Source: Planctomicrobium piriforme (lineage in GTDB: Bacteria > Planctomycetota > Planctomycetia > Pirellulales > PNKZ01). From it: DNA of 41,696 nucleotides. Shown piece after piece: positions 20,089 through 28,918 of the stretch. The position numbers were made by a program, and so were the translations under genes. Location of the stretch: contig CAMCTH010000001.1 of NCBI GenBank assembly GCA_945877965.1, positions 1-41,696 on the forward strand, in the 5' to 3' direction. Below the pieces are notes generated by a model. The model saw nothing but the letters and a program-made list of their open reading frames with translations. It had not been told where the DNA came from and made no database searches. The first letter of the stretch is position 1, and each line of letters starts with the position of its first letter.

Positions 20089-20112
20089 GGCCGCGGATCG
20101 GCCCGTTCTTTT
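20089..20112 (+). terminator. Weak hairpin plus T-rich tract (possible attenuator/terminator)
   Basis: GGCCG-cggat-CGGCC (5-bp stem) followed by cgTTcTTTT. Lies between the 132-aa gene and the cytochrome c gene. Confidence 0.3.
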
Positions 20113-20174
20113 CACGCTAATTGCTGAGCAAGCCGTCCCCTTTTTGATCGTACTGCATTGTGAGGAGTCGTCGG

Positions 20175-21236
20175 GTGAAGTGGAGTTCTTGGTTTCTGAC
20201 TGCGATCGGCTGCCTTTGTTTGAGCGGCTGTCAGCGGAGTGAAGTTCCGACGTACGAGCCGAGCAGCGCCGTGAAGGGACTGCCCGAAAAGGTGCAAAAG
20301 CAAGCGCACGAGGAACTCGTTAAGTACTTTGGAACTCCGCTCCGGCCGAAGCAGATCGGCGGCGAGACGATCGAGGCCGAGCATTTAGCGTACGGGGCCG
20401 AGGTCTATCGGCTGCGCTGCGCCGCGTGCCACGGAGTGACCGGAGACGGCAACGGGCCCGCGGCGTCGACGATGCATCCGCGCCCGCGCGATTATCGGCT
20501 TGGCATCTTCAAGTTCACGTCGACCGCCAACGGCCAGAAGCCGCTCCGAGAAGACTTGATGCGGACCGTCCGACGCGGAGCCCGCGGCACCTCGATGCCG
20601 GCCTTTTCCCTGCTGCCGGAGAAAGATCTTCAGGCCGTCGTCGATTACGTCTTGGTGCTCACACATCGCGGCGAACTCGAGTTGCTGTTGGCCGAGGAAG
20701 GGGATAGCGAAGGGGAGATCGACCCGGCGAACACGAAGAGCAACGTCCAGTCGATCTTGCGGCAATGGGAGGCGGCCAAGCAGCACGTCATCTATCCCAA
20801 GACGGCGGAGCCTCCGTACACGTGGGAGAGCATTCAACTGGGACGCGAGGCCTTCGTCAGCACCAGCGGCGATTGCTACAAGTGTCACGACAAAGACGGC
20901 AGCGCGCGAGTGACGGAGAGCGTCGGCAAAGATCCGTGGGGGCAACCGGCCCGCGCGGCCGACATCACGAGCGGCATGTTTCACGGCGGCGCGACTTCGG
21001 AAGATATTTATCGCCGCATCTATGCCGGCGTCACGCCGATGCCCGCCTTCGCGCTGAAGTACGCCGATCAACCCGAGACGATCTGGCACCTCGTGCATTT
21101 CGTGCAGTATACGTCGGGGGCTCGGCGGCGTGAGACGATGGCGCAGCAGGCGGCGATTCACAAACGGGCCGTTCCCGAGGCGGCAACGAGCGGTGTCGCC
21201 TCGCCGGCGACCTCGACGACGGCGGGAGGAAACTGA
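20175..21236 (+). CDS. Dihaem c-type cytochrome lipoprotein (possible CcoP-equivalent)
   Basis: GAGGAG lies 7 nt before GTG 20175. Lipobox LCLSGC. Two CxxCH motifs (CAACHG, CYKCHD). Directly upstream of ccoN/ccoO. Confidence 0.85.
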   Translation: MKWSSWFLTAIGCLCLSGCQRSEVPTYEPSSAVKGLPEKVQKQAHEELVKYFGTPLRPKQIGGETIEAEHLAYGAEVYRLRCAACHGVTGDGNGPAASTMHPRPRDYRLGIFKFTSTANGQKPLREDLMRTVRRGARGTSMPAFSLLPEKDLQAVVDYVLVLTHRGELELLLAEEGDSEGEIDPANTKSNVQSILRQWEAAKQHVIYPKTAEPPYTWESIQLGREAFVSTSGDCYKCHDKDGSARVTESVGKDPWGQPARAADITSGMFHGGATSEDIYRRIYAGVTPMPAFALKYADQPETIWHLVHFVQYTSGARRRETMAQQAAIHKRAVPEAATSGVASPATSTTAGGN

Positions 21237-21237
21237 C

Positions 21238-21915
21238 ATGAGCGATCGCCAAAATCCTCGCTGGACCGACGACGTCGCGGCGGAAGAAGACGAACGCCGT
21301 CAGAAGACGGCCGAGTTGGGCGCGCTGAAAGAACGCGTCGAAATGCTGGAAAGCGAACTTGCCGCGATGGGCGCGCCGCGCGGCGGCTTTCACGGCTACT
21401 ACACCGCCTACTATGCCACGAGCGGCTTCATGCTCGGCATGTTCGGCGCCTGCACGAGCTTGTTGTTCAACATCGTCGGCTCGTTGCTCGTCTCGCGCGG
21501 CGGAGCCGAAGAACAGCATCCGTTGCGATTAATTCAGATCTATCTCACATTCCCCTTGGGCGAACGGGCGCTGCATATGCAAAGCGGCCTCGCGCTGGCC
21601 GTCGGATGTTGCTTGTACATTGCGACCGGCATGCTGATGGGGATGTTGTTTCATTTGTTTCTGACTCGCTACACGGCCGGCGATTCGTTTGTCAAGCGCT
21701 TTGCGATCGTCAGCGTCCTGTCGTTGGCGGTTTGGATCGTCAGCTTCTATGGCATTCTCTCGTGGCTTCAGCCGCTGTTGTTTCACGGCCGCTGGATCGT
21801 CGATCTCATCCCGCCGTGGGTCGCTGCCGCGACGCATCTCGTCTTCGGCTGGACGATGGTCTTGGTCTATCCCTGGGGTCTCTACGTCCCGTATCAGGTG
21901 GAATCGGATAAGTAA
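21238..21915 (+). CDS. Hypothetical 4-TM membrane protein with N-terminal coiled-coil segment
   Basis: ATG 21238 is 1 nt after the cytochrome c stop. The stop TAA overlaps the ccoN ATG by 1 nt. Four hydrophobic helices. I do not recognise a family. Confidence 0.7.
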   Translation: MSDRQNPRWTDDVAAEEDERRQKTAELGALKERVEMLESELAAMGAPRGGFHGYYTAYYATSGFMLGMFGACTSLLFNIVGSLLVSRGGAEEQHPLRLIQIYLTFPLGERALHMQSGLALAVGCCLYIATGMLMGMLFHLFLTRYTAGDSFVKRFAIVSVLSLAVWIVSFYGILSWLQPLLFHGRWIVDLIPPWVAAATHLVFGWTMVLVYPWGLYVPYQVESDK

Positions 21916-23339
21916 TGAACGCACCGGAAATGGAATCTTCGTCCGCGATCGGCCCGGAGTCGGCGGCCGATCTCGAACGCCTCGTCGAGCGGAAGCTCGT
22001 GCTGTGGTATTACTTCGCCGCGCTCACCTACCTCATCGTGTCGATGTTGGGCGGATTGTTGATGGCGCTGCAACTCATTCAGTGCAATGAGCTGCAAGGG
22101 ATCGAGCTCCTGTCGCCGGGGCGGTGGCGAATGTTGCACACGAACGCCATCGCGTACGGCTTCTTGGCCAATGCATTCCTCGGCACGCTGCACTGGGCGA
22201 TCCCGCGGCTCACGATGCGGCCCGTGTTGAGCAAGCCGCTGTCGTATCTGATCTTCGCCGCGTGGCAGATCGTGGTCGTCAGCACGGCGGTGGGGATTTT
22301 GCTCGGCCAGGCGCAGGCCGTCGAATGGGGCGAAACGCCGGTCTGGATCGACCCCGTGGCGCTGCTGGGACTGCTGCTTGTGGCGGTCAACTTCATGGCG
22401 CCGATCGCCGGGGCGAAAGGGCCGATGTACGTCTCGTTGTGGTATTTCATGGCCGCGTTCGTCTGGACCTTTTTGACTTATGCGATGGGGAATTTCATTC
22501 CGCAGTACGTCGTCTGCGGCACGAACGCCGGTGCGATCGCGGGATTGTTTATCCACGATCTCGTCGGGCTGTTCGTCACGCCGCTCGGCTGGGGTTTGAT
22601 GTACTACTTCGTGCCGATTCTGCTCAAGAAGCCGATCTGGAGTCACGGATTGTCGCTCGTCGGCTTCTGGGGCTTGGCGTTCTTCTATCCGTTGCAAGGG
22701 ATTCACCACTTCCTCTACACGCCGATCCCGATGTTCTTGCAGTACGGGGCCGTCATTTCGACGATCGCCGTCGAGTTCGTCGTCGCCACGGTCATCGTCA
22801 ACTTCTTCGGGACGTTATACGGCTCGGGGCGAGCGGTCGTCACGAACTTGCCGATCCGCTGGTTCTATACCGGCATGATTCTGTACTTCGTCACCTGCTT
22901 TCAATGCGCGTTGCAAGTGACGCTGACGTTCCAGCAGCTGATTCACTTCACCGACTGGGTCGTCGGCCACGCGCATCTCGTCATGTTCGGCGTGTTCAGC
23001 CAATGGTTGCTCGGCATCATGACGTACTTGATCCCGCGCCTGACCGGCAAGGAATGGTACAGCCGGACGTTGTGCGAATGGCACTACTGGCTCTCGGCGA
23101 CGAGCATCGTCGTGATGTTCTTGGACCTGACGATGGCCGGGCTGTTTCAAGGTTGGTCGTGGAGCAGCATGCAGTACTGGGACCATTCGACGCAGGTCTC
23201 GCAACCTTTCTGGATCGTGCGCGTCTTCGCCGGCTTGGCGATGTTCAGCGGACAGATCGTGTTCATCTACAACATCTACCGCACGCTGAGCGGCCCACGA
23301 ACGGCGCCGGCGACGGGACTGCAACCCGCAACGGCGTAA
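21915..23339 (+). CDS. ccoN: cbb3-type cytochrome c oxidase subunit I
   Basis: 474 aa with about 12 TM helices. Conserved His-containing blocks LQGIHHFLY, DWVVGHAHLVMFGVF and WYFMAAFVWTF. Followed by ccoO. Confidence 0.95.
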   Translation: MNAPEMESSSAIGPESAADLERLVERKLVLWYYFAALTYLIVSMLGGLLMALQLIQCNELQGIELLSPGRWRMLHTNAIAYGFLANAFLGTLHWAIPRLTMRPVLSKPLSYLIFAAWQIVVVSTAVGILLGQAQAVEWGETPVWIDPVALLGLLLVAVNFMAPIAGAKGPMYVSLWYFMAAFVWTFLTYAMGNFIPQYVVCGTNAGAIAGLFIHDLVGLFVTPLGWGLMYYFVPILLKKPIWSHGLSLVGFWGLAFFYPLQGIHHFLYTPIPMFLQYGAVISTIAVEFVVATVIVNFFGTLYGSGRAVVTNLPIRWFYTGMILYFVTCFQCALQVTLTFQQLIHFTDWVVGHAHLVMFGVFSQWLLGIMTYLIPRLTGKEWYSRTLCEWHYWLSATSIVVMFLDLTMAGLFQGWSWSSMQYWDHSTQVSQPFWIVRVFAGLAMFSGQIVFIYNIYRTLSGPRTAPATGLQPATA

Positions 23340-23390
23340 AGTCGTCGCGATCGGATCGTTACTCCTCATCACCCTCCACTGCACGCGACT

Positions 23391-24101
23391 ATGTTTGAAA
23401 GTAAAGCAGGCGTTCTGTTCATCGGCGGGCTCGGGTTCTTTGTGCTGGCCTTTATCGCCAACGGCGCCGTCCCGATGCTCATGTATCGCGACATGCCGGA
23501 GCAGACGGTGCACGAAGTCGTGAACCCGAACGTGATGTATCAGTTCGAGGATTTGAATCGCCGCTTCCCCGAGGCGTTCAAGAAGTACGTCGGCGATGCG
23601 GCCGCCGAGAAGTGGGACGACAAGCAGTGGAACGAGCACTGCGCCCAACTACTCAAGGAAGGTCGCGATATTTACGTCGGCGAAGGTTGCTGGCACTGTC
23701 ACAGTCAGTTCGTCCGTCCCGTTTCGAATGAGTCGCTCCGCTACGGTCCCGTCGCCAAGACGGAGGAGTATCAGAATGAGTTGCAACGACCGGTCTTGTT
23801 CGGCACGCGTCGCGTCGGTCCCGATCTGTCGCGCGAAGGGGGCCGTCGTTCAAGCGACTGGCATGCCGTCCATTTTCTCAATCCCCCGCTGCTCTCGCCC
23901 CACTCGCCGATGCCGCGCTACACTTGGTTCTTCGACGAAGGGAACGCCGGCAAACCGAATCGCCGCGGACTGGCGATCATGACCTATGTGCAATGGCTCG
24001 GCTCGTGGTTGGAAAGCTATCCGTACTTTGAAGATTACCAAGCGACGTCGAATCTGAACCCCGAGCCGGCCGCCGCCGCTCCGAAGGCCGCGACGCCGTA
24101 G
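23391..24101 (+). CDS. ccoO: cbb3-type cytochrome c oxidase subunit II (monohaem)
   Basis: N-terminal TM anchor. CWHCHSQFVRP haem c motif. GPDLSREGGRRS and WHAVHFLNP blocks are typical of CcoO/FixO. Confidence 0.9.
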   Translation: MFESKAGVLFIGGLGFFVLAFIANGAVPMLMYRDMPEQTVHEVVNPNVMYQFEDLNRRFPEAFKKYVGDAAAEKWDDKQWNEHCAQLLKEGRDIYVGEGCWHCHSQFVRPVSNESLRYGPVAKTEEYQNELQRPVLFGTRRVGPDLSREGGRRSSDWHAVHFLNPPLLSPHSPMPRYTWFFDEGNAGKPNRRGLAIMTYVQWLGSWLESYPYFEDYQATSNLNPEPAAAAPKAATP

Positions 24102-24151
24102 TCTGCGTGTGACATCTCATCTGTGACCAATGTATCCCGAGAACTTTTCCT

Positions 24152-24463
24152 ATGCCTGCGCCCAATCGTCGTAAGAACCGTGTTTGGACCGTCGTGACGG
24201 TGCTGTTCTTTCTCGGGCCGGCAATGTTCGGTTTCGGCACGAAGTTCTACGAGCTTGTGCAGGTCTTTCGCGGCGATGCCTCGGGGGCGTTCGCCGTGAC
24301 GCCGATCGTGAACTATCTGCTGGCCGGTTGCGGCTTCTTGTTGCTCTTCGGCTGGGCGGCGAAAAACGGCATGTTTCGCGATATCGAACAGCCGAAGTTT
24401 CTCATGCTCGAAAACGAGAATCGTCTCGATGCCGTCGAACGGTCCGCCGCGCCGCACGCTTGA
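24152..24463 (+). CDS. Hypothetical 2-TM membrane protein in the oxidase operon
   Basis: 103 aa with two clear hydrophobic helices. Sits in the position where ccoQ/ccoP normally lie. Confidence 0.6.
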   Translation: MPAPNRRKNRVWTVVTVLFFLGPAMFGFGTKFYELVQVFRGDASGAFAVTPIVNYLLAGCGFLLLFGWAAKNGMFRDIEQPKFLMLENENRLDAVERSAAPHA

Positions 24464-24501
24464 TCCGACGGCTCCGCTATTTCGCTAAGGATTTGTCGCT
24501 C

Positions 24502-24690
24502 ATGCCGACTTCGAACTCGCAATCGCCTCAGGCCGAACATCAGCATCACCGTTACGTCACGAACAGCATTCCCTGGTACGTGCGGTTGGTGTGGGTCGGT
24601 TTTTGGGCCTTCGCCATTTATTACACGATCCAGTATCTGTTCCCGGCCTTGCAGGGAGAACTCGTCATTCCGCCGAGCCCGCCGCAGTAG
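24502..24690 (+). CDS. Small single-TM protein (CcoQ-like position)
   Basis: AAGGA lies about 10 nt before ATG 24502. 62 aa with one TM (WYVRLVWVGFWAFAIYYTIQYLF). Internal to the longer track ORF 24184-24690, whose upstream part is Arg-rich shadow. Confidence 0.5.
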   Translation: MPTSNSQSPQAEHQHHRYVTNSIPWYVRLVWVGFWAFAIYYTIQYLFPALQGELVIPPSPPQ

Positions 24691-24729
24691 TGTCGCGGTG
24701 CGACGGTAGTTTGGATTCACGAGACGACG

Positions 24730-26928
24730 ATGGCGATCCCCCCTTCTCCGTTCTGCGCGCATTGCGGCTTGCCGATACCGGGCGTTGCGATCGCTGCGCC
24801 GGTCGGAGAAGTCGACGAGCCGGAGTACTGCTGCTTCGGTTGTAGTCTGGCGGCGGCCGCAGATCGCGAGCGCATCGTCGACGGCGAGATCGGCGCGACC
24901 TGCTTTCGCTTGGCCCTGTCGGTCTTTCTGTCGCTCAACGTGATGATCTTCACGATGTGGCTCTGGACGCAGGAGATCTACGGCAGCGAAGGAACGAACG
25001 GCACGGCGACGGCCGTCTTGCTTTGGAGCGTCTGTCGCTATCTTTGCCTCGTCTTTTCGTTACCCGTGTTGTGGATGCTCGGCGGACCGGTGGCCGAGGG
25101 GGCGTGGAAGTCGCTGCGGCGCGGCGTGCCGACGACCGATCTGTTGCTCGTCGCCGGAACGTTGGCGGCCTATGCCTACTCGGTCGTGTCGACGGTCCGC
25201 GGCTCGGGACCGGTTTACTTCGAAATCGGCTGCGCGGTGCTGGTACTTGTGACGCTGGGACGCTGGCTCGAAGCGCGCGGCAAGCAGCAGGCGGTCGCAG
25301 CCCTCACCTCTTTGGAAAAGCTCCTCCCCGCCGAGGTTCGTCGCTACGACGGCGATGAGCTGCGGAGCGTGCCGCTCGATGCAGTCCAAATCGGCGATCG
25401 ACTGCACGTCGTCGCCGGCGAGCGGTTGCCGACCGACGGCCGGATTGTGCGCGGCGTCGCCTCGATCGATGCCCAACTGTTGACCGGCGAGAGTCGGCCG
25501 ATCGTGCGCGAGCCGGGCGACTCCGTGCTCGGGGGAACCCTCAATCTCGACGGCGATCTGACGATCGAGGTGACTGCATCGCCGCGCGGCGGCAGTTGGC
25601 AACGGCTACTCGATTGTCTGCGGGCTGCACGACAGATGAAGGGCCGATATCAGCAACTGGCTGATCGTGTTGCGGCCTGGTTCATGCCGGCCGTCGGCGT
25701 CGTCGCGCTGGCGACGTTCGCCTATCACACGACGCACTATGGTTTAGATCGCGGCCTGTTGGCGGCCTTGGCGGTCGTGCTGGTCGCGTGTCCCTGCGCT
25801 TTGGGGTTGGCGACGCCGTTGGCGGTGTGGGCCGCGTTGGGGACCGCCGCCCGCGCGCAGGTCTTGTTCCGTCATGGGGAGGCCTTGGAACGACTCGCAG
25901 GCGTGCGCGTCTTCGGCTTCGATAAAACAGGAACGTTGACCGACGGGCAACCGAGCGTCGAGCAGTTGGCTGTAGCCGATGAGACGTTGCTCGCGGAGAT
26001 TCTCGGGCGAACGTTAGCGACCGCCTCGGCCACGACGCACGATCTCTCGCGAGCGCTAGTCGCTTACTGTCGCACGCGGCACGTCGGGCCGGTGCCGTCG
26101 TGCAACGTCCGGACCTTGCCAGGGCGCGGACTGGAAGCTTCGTTCGTCGAACTCGCGACGCCCCTCTGGCTCGGCAGCGAACGCCTGATGCGGGAACGCG
26201 AATTGAAAGTGCCCCGCGCGATCGCCGCGGCTCTGCAACGTTTTCGCCACCAAGCCGTACCGTTTACATGCGTCGGCTGGAACGGTGAGGTTCAAGCGGT
26301 CTTTAGTTTCCGCGAACAGCTGCGCACGAGTTCACGCCCTGCGCTGGCTGCGTGCCGCGACGCCGGTTTGGCGGTGGAAGTGCTCACCGGCGACCATGCG
26401 GCCCGCGGACAACTGCTGGGGCGCGAACTCAGCGTCGTCGTTTGGGCGGAGCTTTTGCCCGAGGATAAAGTTCGCCGGCTCGTGGCGTTGCGATCGAAGG
26501 TCGGTCCGATCGCGATGATCGGCGACGGCATGAACGACGCTCCGGCGTTGAGCGCCGCCGACGTCGGGATGGCGCTCGGCTGCGGGGCCGACGTCTCGCA
26601 GCAGTCAGCCGACGTCTGCTTGTTGGGGAACGATCTGAGTCGCGCCCCGTGGGCTTACGGCTTGGCGCGACAGACGATTCGGATCGTGCGACAGAATCTC
26701 TTTTGGACGTTCGCATACAATCTCGTCGCCCTAGCGTTGGCGGCGAGCGGCCGATTGAACCCGATCTGGGCCGCGGCGGCGATGGCGGCCGGCGGTTTTT
26801 GGGTCGTCGGCAACTCACTGCGTTTGGCGCACTATCCGTTGCCCGTCGAGCCGTCGGCGGACGAACTTGCAGTGACGCCGCAACGCGACGCTTCGATCTC
26901 GCAGACGTCGCCGGAGTCGGTGCCATGA
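24730..26928 (+). CDS. ccoI: Heavy-metal (Cu) translocating P1B-type ATPase, CcoI/FixI-like
   Basis: N-terminal CAHCGLP...YCCFGCS metal-binding domain as in FixI. TGES, CPCALGLATP, FDKTGTLT and GDGMNDAPAL motifs. Located in the cbb3 context. Confidence 0.9.
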   Translation: MAIPPSPFCAHCGLPIPGVAIAAPVGEVDEPEYCCFGCSLAAAADRERIVDGEIGATCFRLALSVFLSLNVMIFTMWLWTQEIYGSEGTNGTATAVLLWSVCRYLCLVFSLPVLWMLGGPVAEGAWKSLRRGVPTTDLLLVAGTLAAYAYSVVSTVRGSGPVYFEIGCAVLVLVTLGRWLEARGKQQAVAALTSLEKLLPAEVRRYDGDELRSVPLDAVQIGDRLHVVAGERLPTDGRIVRGVASIDAQLLTGESRPIVREPGDSVLGGTLNLDGDLTIEVTASPRGGSWQRLLDCLRAARQMKGRYQQLADRVAAWFMPAVGVVALATFAYHTTHYGLDRGLLAALAVVLVACPCALGLATPLAVWAALGTAARAQVLFRHGEALERLAGVRVFGFDKTGTLTDGQPSVEQLAVADETLLAEILGRTLATASATTHDLSRALVAYCRTRHVGPVPSCNVRTLPGRGLEASFVELATPLWLGSERLMRERELKVPRAIAAALQRFRHQAVPFTCVGWNGEVQAVFSFREQLRTSSRPALAACRDAGLAVEVLTGDHAARGQLLGRELSVVVWAELLPEDKVRRLVALRSKVGPIAMIGDGMNDAPALSAADVGMALGCGADVSQQSADVCLLGNDLSRAPWAYGLARQTIRIVRQNLFWTFAYNLVALALAASGRLNPIWAAAAMAAGGFWVVGNSLRLAHYPLPVEPSADELAVTPQRDASISQTSPESVP

Positions 26929-27635
26929 TGGAACTCCCGCTCGTAGCGCTCGGCGGATTGCTCGGCTCGGCGCATTGCGTCGGCATGTGCGGTAGTTTTG
27001 CGCTGCGACTTGGGGCCGACGCGACGTCGTGGCGGGCGAATCTGCTACGGCAGACGATCTACGGCGGCGGACGATTGTTTAGCTACGCCGTGCTCGGCGC
27101 GGCGGCGGGTTACGGCGGACGGCAGCTGATTCACGCCACGTCGGTCGTCAACGTTCAGGCCTGGCTGGCGGTGATCGCCGGCGGCTTCTTGGTCTGGCAA
27201 GGATTGCAGTCGACCGGCTTGCTGCGTCGTCGCGCGGTGCGCGCCGGCAATCTCACATGCTTGGGGCCGGGCTTGATCGGCACGTTATTGCAGACGCGCG
27301 GCTTCACGGCGCCGTTGCTCGCCGGCGTGCTGACGGGCTTGCTGCCGTGCGGATTGGTCTACGCGTTTCTTGCGCTGGCCGTCAGCAGCGGGACGTTGCC
27401 GTGGGGTATGGCGACGATGGTTTGCTTCGGCCTCGGTACGTTGCCGTTGATGACCGCGTTGGGAATGGGAACCGCGTTGCTGGGGCTGGTCGGACGTCGG
27501 CGCATGCTGCAGTTTGCAGCTTGGTGCGTCGTGCTCACGGGGACGTTGTCGATCGTTCGCGGCGCGGGGGTGCTGCAGGCCGAGCCGGTCGCAGAGCAAA
27601 CGGCACCCGCCTGTCCGCTCTGTTTGGAACGTTGA
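26925..27635 (+). CDS. DsbD_2 / TauE-SafE-like membrane protein (HCVGMCG motif)
   Basis: ATG 26925 overlaps the ATPase stop (ATGA). Multi-TM. The N-terminal SAHCVGMCGSF motif is typical of the family often found beside ccoI/ccoS. Confidence 0.75.
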   Translation: MMELPLVALGGLLGSAHCVGMCGSFALRLGADATSWRANLLRQTIYGGGRLFSYAVLGAAAGYGGRQLIHATSVVNVQAWLAVIAGGFLVWQGLQSTGLLRRRAVRAGNLTCLGPGLIGTLLQTRGFTAPLLAGVLTGLLPCGLVYAFLALAVSSGTLPWGMATMVCFGLGTLPLMTALGMGTALLGLVGRRRMLQFAAWCVVLTGTLSIVRGAGVLQAEPVAEQTAPACPLCLER

Positions 27636-27656
27636 AATCGCAAACGACCGACGATG

Positions 27657-28097
27657 TTAGCCGTTCGGCCGCGTCGTGCTCGGCGTCGCGGCTCGCGACG
27701 TTTCGGCACTCGGTTCTTCGATCGCCATCGTCGCCGCGCCGATGACGAGCCCGGCGAGCAAGAAGAGCAAGACCAGCAGGCCGACGCCGTAAACGGTTTG
27801 GTTCGCTTCGTCGATGCGGACGGTTCGGCCGAGCCGTTTGGTCAGCCGTTGCCCGACGACGCCGCAGACCCAACTCCAGTGCAGCATCACGTGAAACAAC
27901 ACGAGCAGCGCGAACAGCGCAAAGAGATTGAACCAAGCGGCGACCCAAGCGTCGTACCCCGAGCCCCAGAGGGTCCAGCCGTCGGCCTGCGTACCGGGAG
28001 GGAACACGAACCGCACGATAAGGGCGACGATACTCAAGCCGGCAAAGGTCCCGAGCAACAGCGTATCGAGCAGAAAATTGAGCAGCGTGCGAGACAT
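27657..28097 (-). CDS. Hypothetical 4-TM membrane protein (DUF4405-like, tentative)
   Basis: 146 aa with hydrophobic helices and a His/Trp-rich segment FHVMLHWSWV. Last gene on the minus strand after the kinase and regulator genes. Confidence 0.55.
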   Translation of the reverse strand: MSRTLLNFLLDTLLLGTFAGLSIVALIVRFVFPPGTQADGWTLWGSGYDAWVAAWFNLFALFALLVLFHVMLHWSWVCGVVGQRLTKRLGRTVRIDEANQTVYGVGLLVLLFLLAGLVIGAATMAIEEPSAETSRAATPSTTRPNG

Positions 28098-28193
28098 ACA
28101 ATCTACCAGAAAAGTGCCGATCCTCGAGGTGTGATTCGCCGCCGAACTAAACCGCCGCGATGCGGACTCGCGCCGACTCGAACCGTTTGCGAA

Positions 28194-28916
28194 TCATACT
28201 CGGCTCAGACGTTCGACAAGGGTGAGAAATTGCGGAACGTTGAACGGCTTGTAGCAGATGGCGTCCGCCTCCGCGCTTTGTAACCGTTCCCGAGATATCT
28301 CGGCCTGAAAGCCGGTCATCAGGATCGTGCGGGCCTGCGATTCGACCTGCTTCACCGCGCGAAAGACTTCGGTCCCGTCGCCGTCGGGGAGTCGCATATC
28401 GATCAAAACGATCTGAAAGCCGCCGTCCTGCAGCCGCTCGGTCGCCGAATGGATGTCGTGGGCGATGCTCACGCGGAAGCCGCGCTCCCAGAGCAGATCC
28501 CAGAGATTCGCACAAAGGTCGACGTCGTCGTCGACAAGCAGAACGACCGGCAATCTGAGCGCCTGATCGAAGAGCGACAGCAAATGCTTCAGGTCGAGCG
28601 GCTTCGGAACGATCTGCCACATGCCGCTCTTGCGACTCTCTTCGGCGCGGGGATGATTCGGAAAGGCGGTGGCCAAAACGGCGACCGTCTCGGGATGCCG
28701 TCGCTTGATCTCTTGATACAGCGACACGCCGTCCATGTCGGGCATCATCAGATCGAGCAACGCGACGTCGAACCGCGCGTGCTCGAGCTTCGCCAGCGCC
28801 GTCGCTCCGTCGTAGGCCGTGTCGACCGTGTAGCCGAGGTCGGAAAAAATGTCGGCTAAGTTGCGGCAGGTGTCCGCTTCGTCGTCGACGATCAGTAAGG
28901 TGGGTGCGCGATTCAT
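28194..28916 (-). CDS. Response regulator with two receiver domains and no output domain
   Basis: ATG 28916 is 2 nt after the kinase stop. REC1 is LLIVDDEAD...VALLDLMMPDMDG...KP; REC2 is VLLVDDDVD...VLIDMRLPDGDG...KP. Confidence 0.85.
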   Translation of the reverse strand: MNRAPTLLIVDDEADTCRNLADIFSDLGYTVDTAYDGATALAKLEHARFDVALLDLMMPDMDGVSLYQEIKRRHPETVAVLATAFPNHPRAEESRKSGMWQIVPKPLDLKHLLSLFDQALRLPVVLLVDDDVDLCANLWDLLWERGFRVSIAHDIHSATERLQDGGFQIVLIDMRLPDGDGTEVFRAVKQVESQARTILMTGFQAEISRERLQSAEADAICYKPFNVPQFLTLVERLSRV

Positions 28917-28918
28917 CG

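Noticed and set aside
20144-20157. Possible FNR/FixK box (TTGAT-N4-CTGCA) just upstream of the dihaem cytochrome c gene
   Set aside because: Only the left half-site matches TTGAT-N4-ATCAA, and the right half matches 2 of 5 positions. The site also overlaps the likely SD/start region.
22124-23398. 424-aa plus-strand ORF out of frame within ccoN
   Set aside because: Arg/Asp/His-rich nonsense composition. The ccoN frame has 12 TM helices and canonical His ligand blocks.
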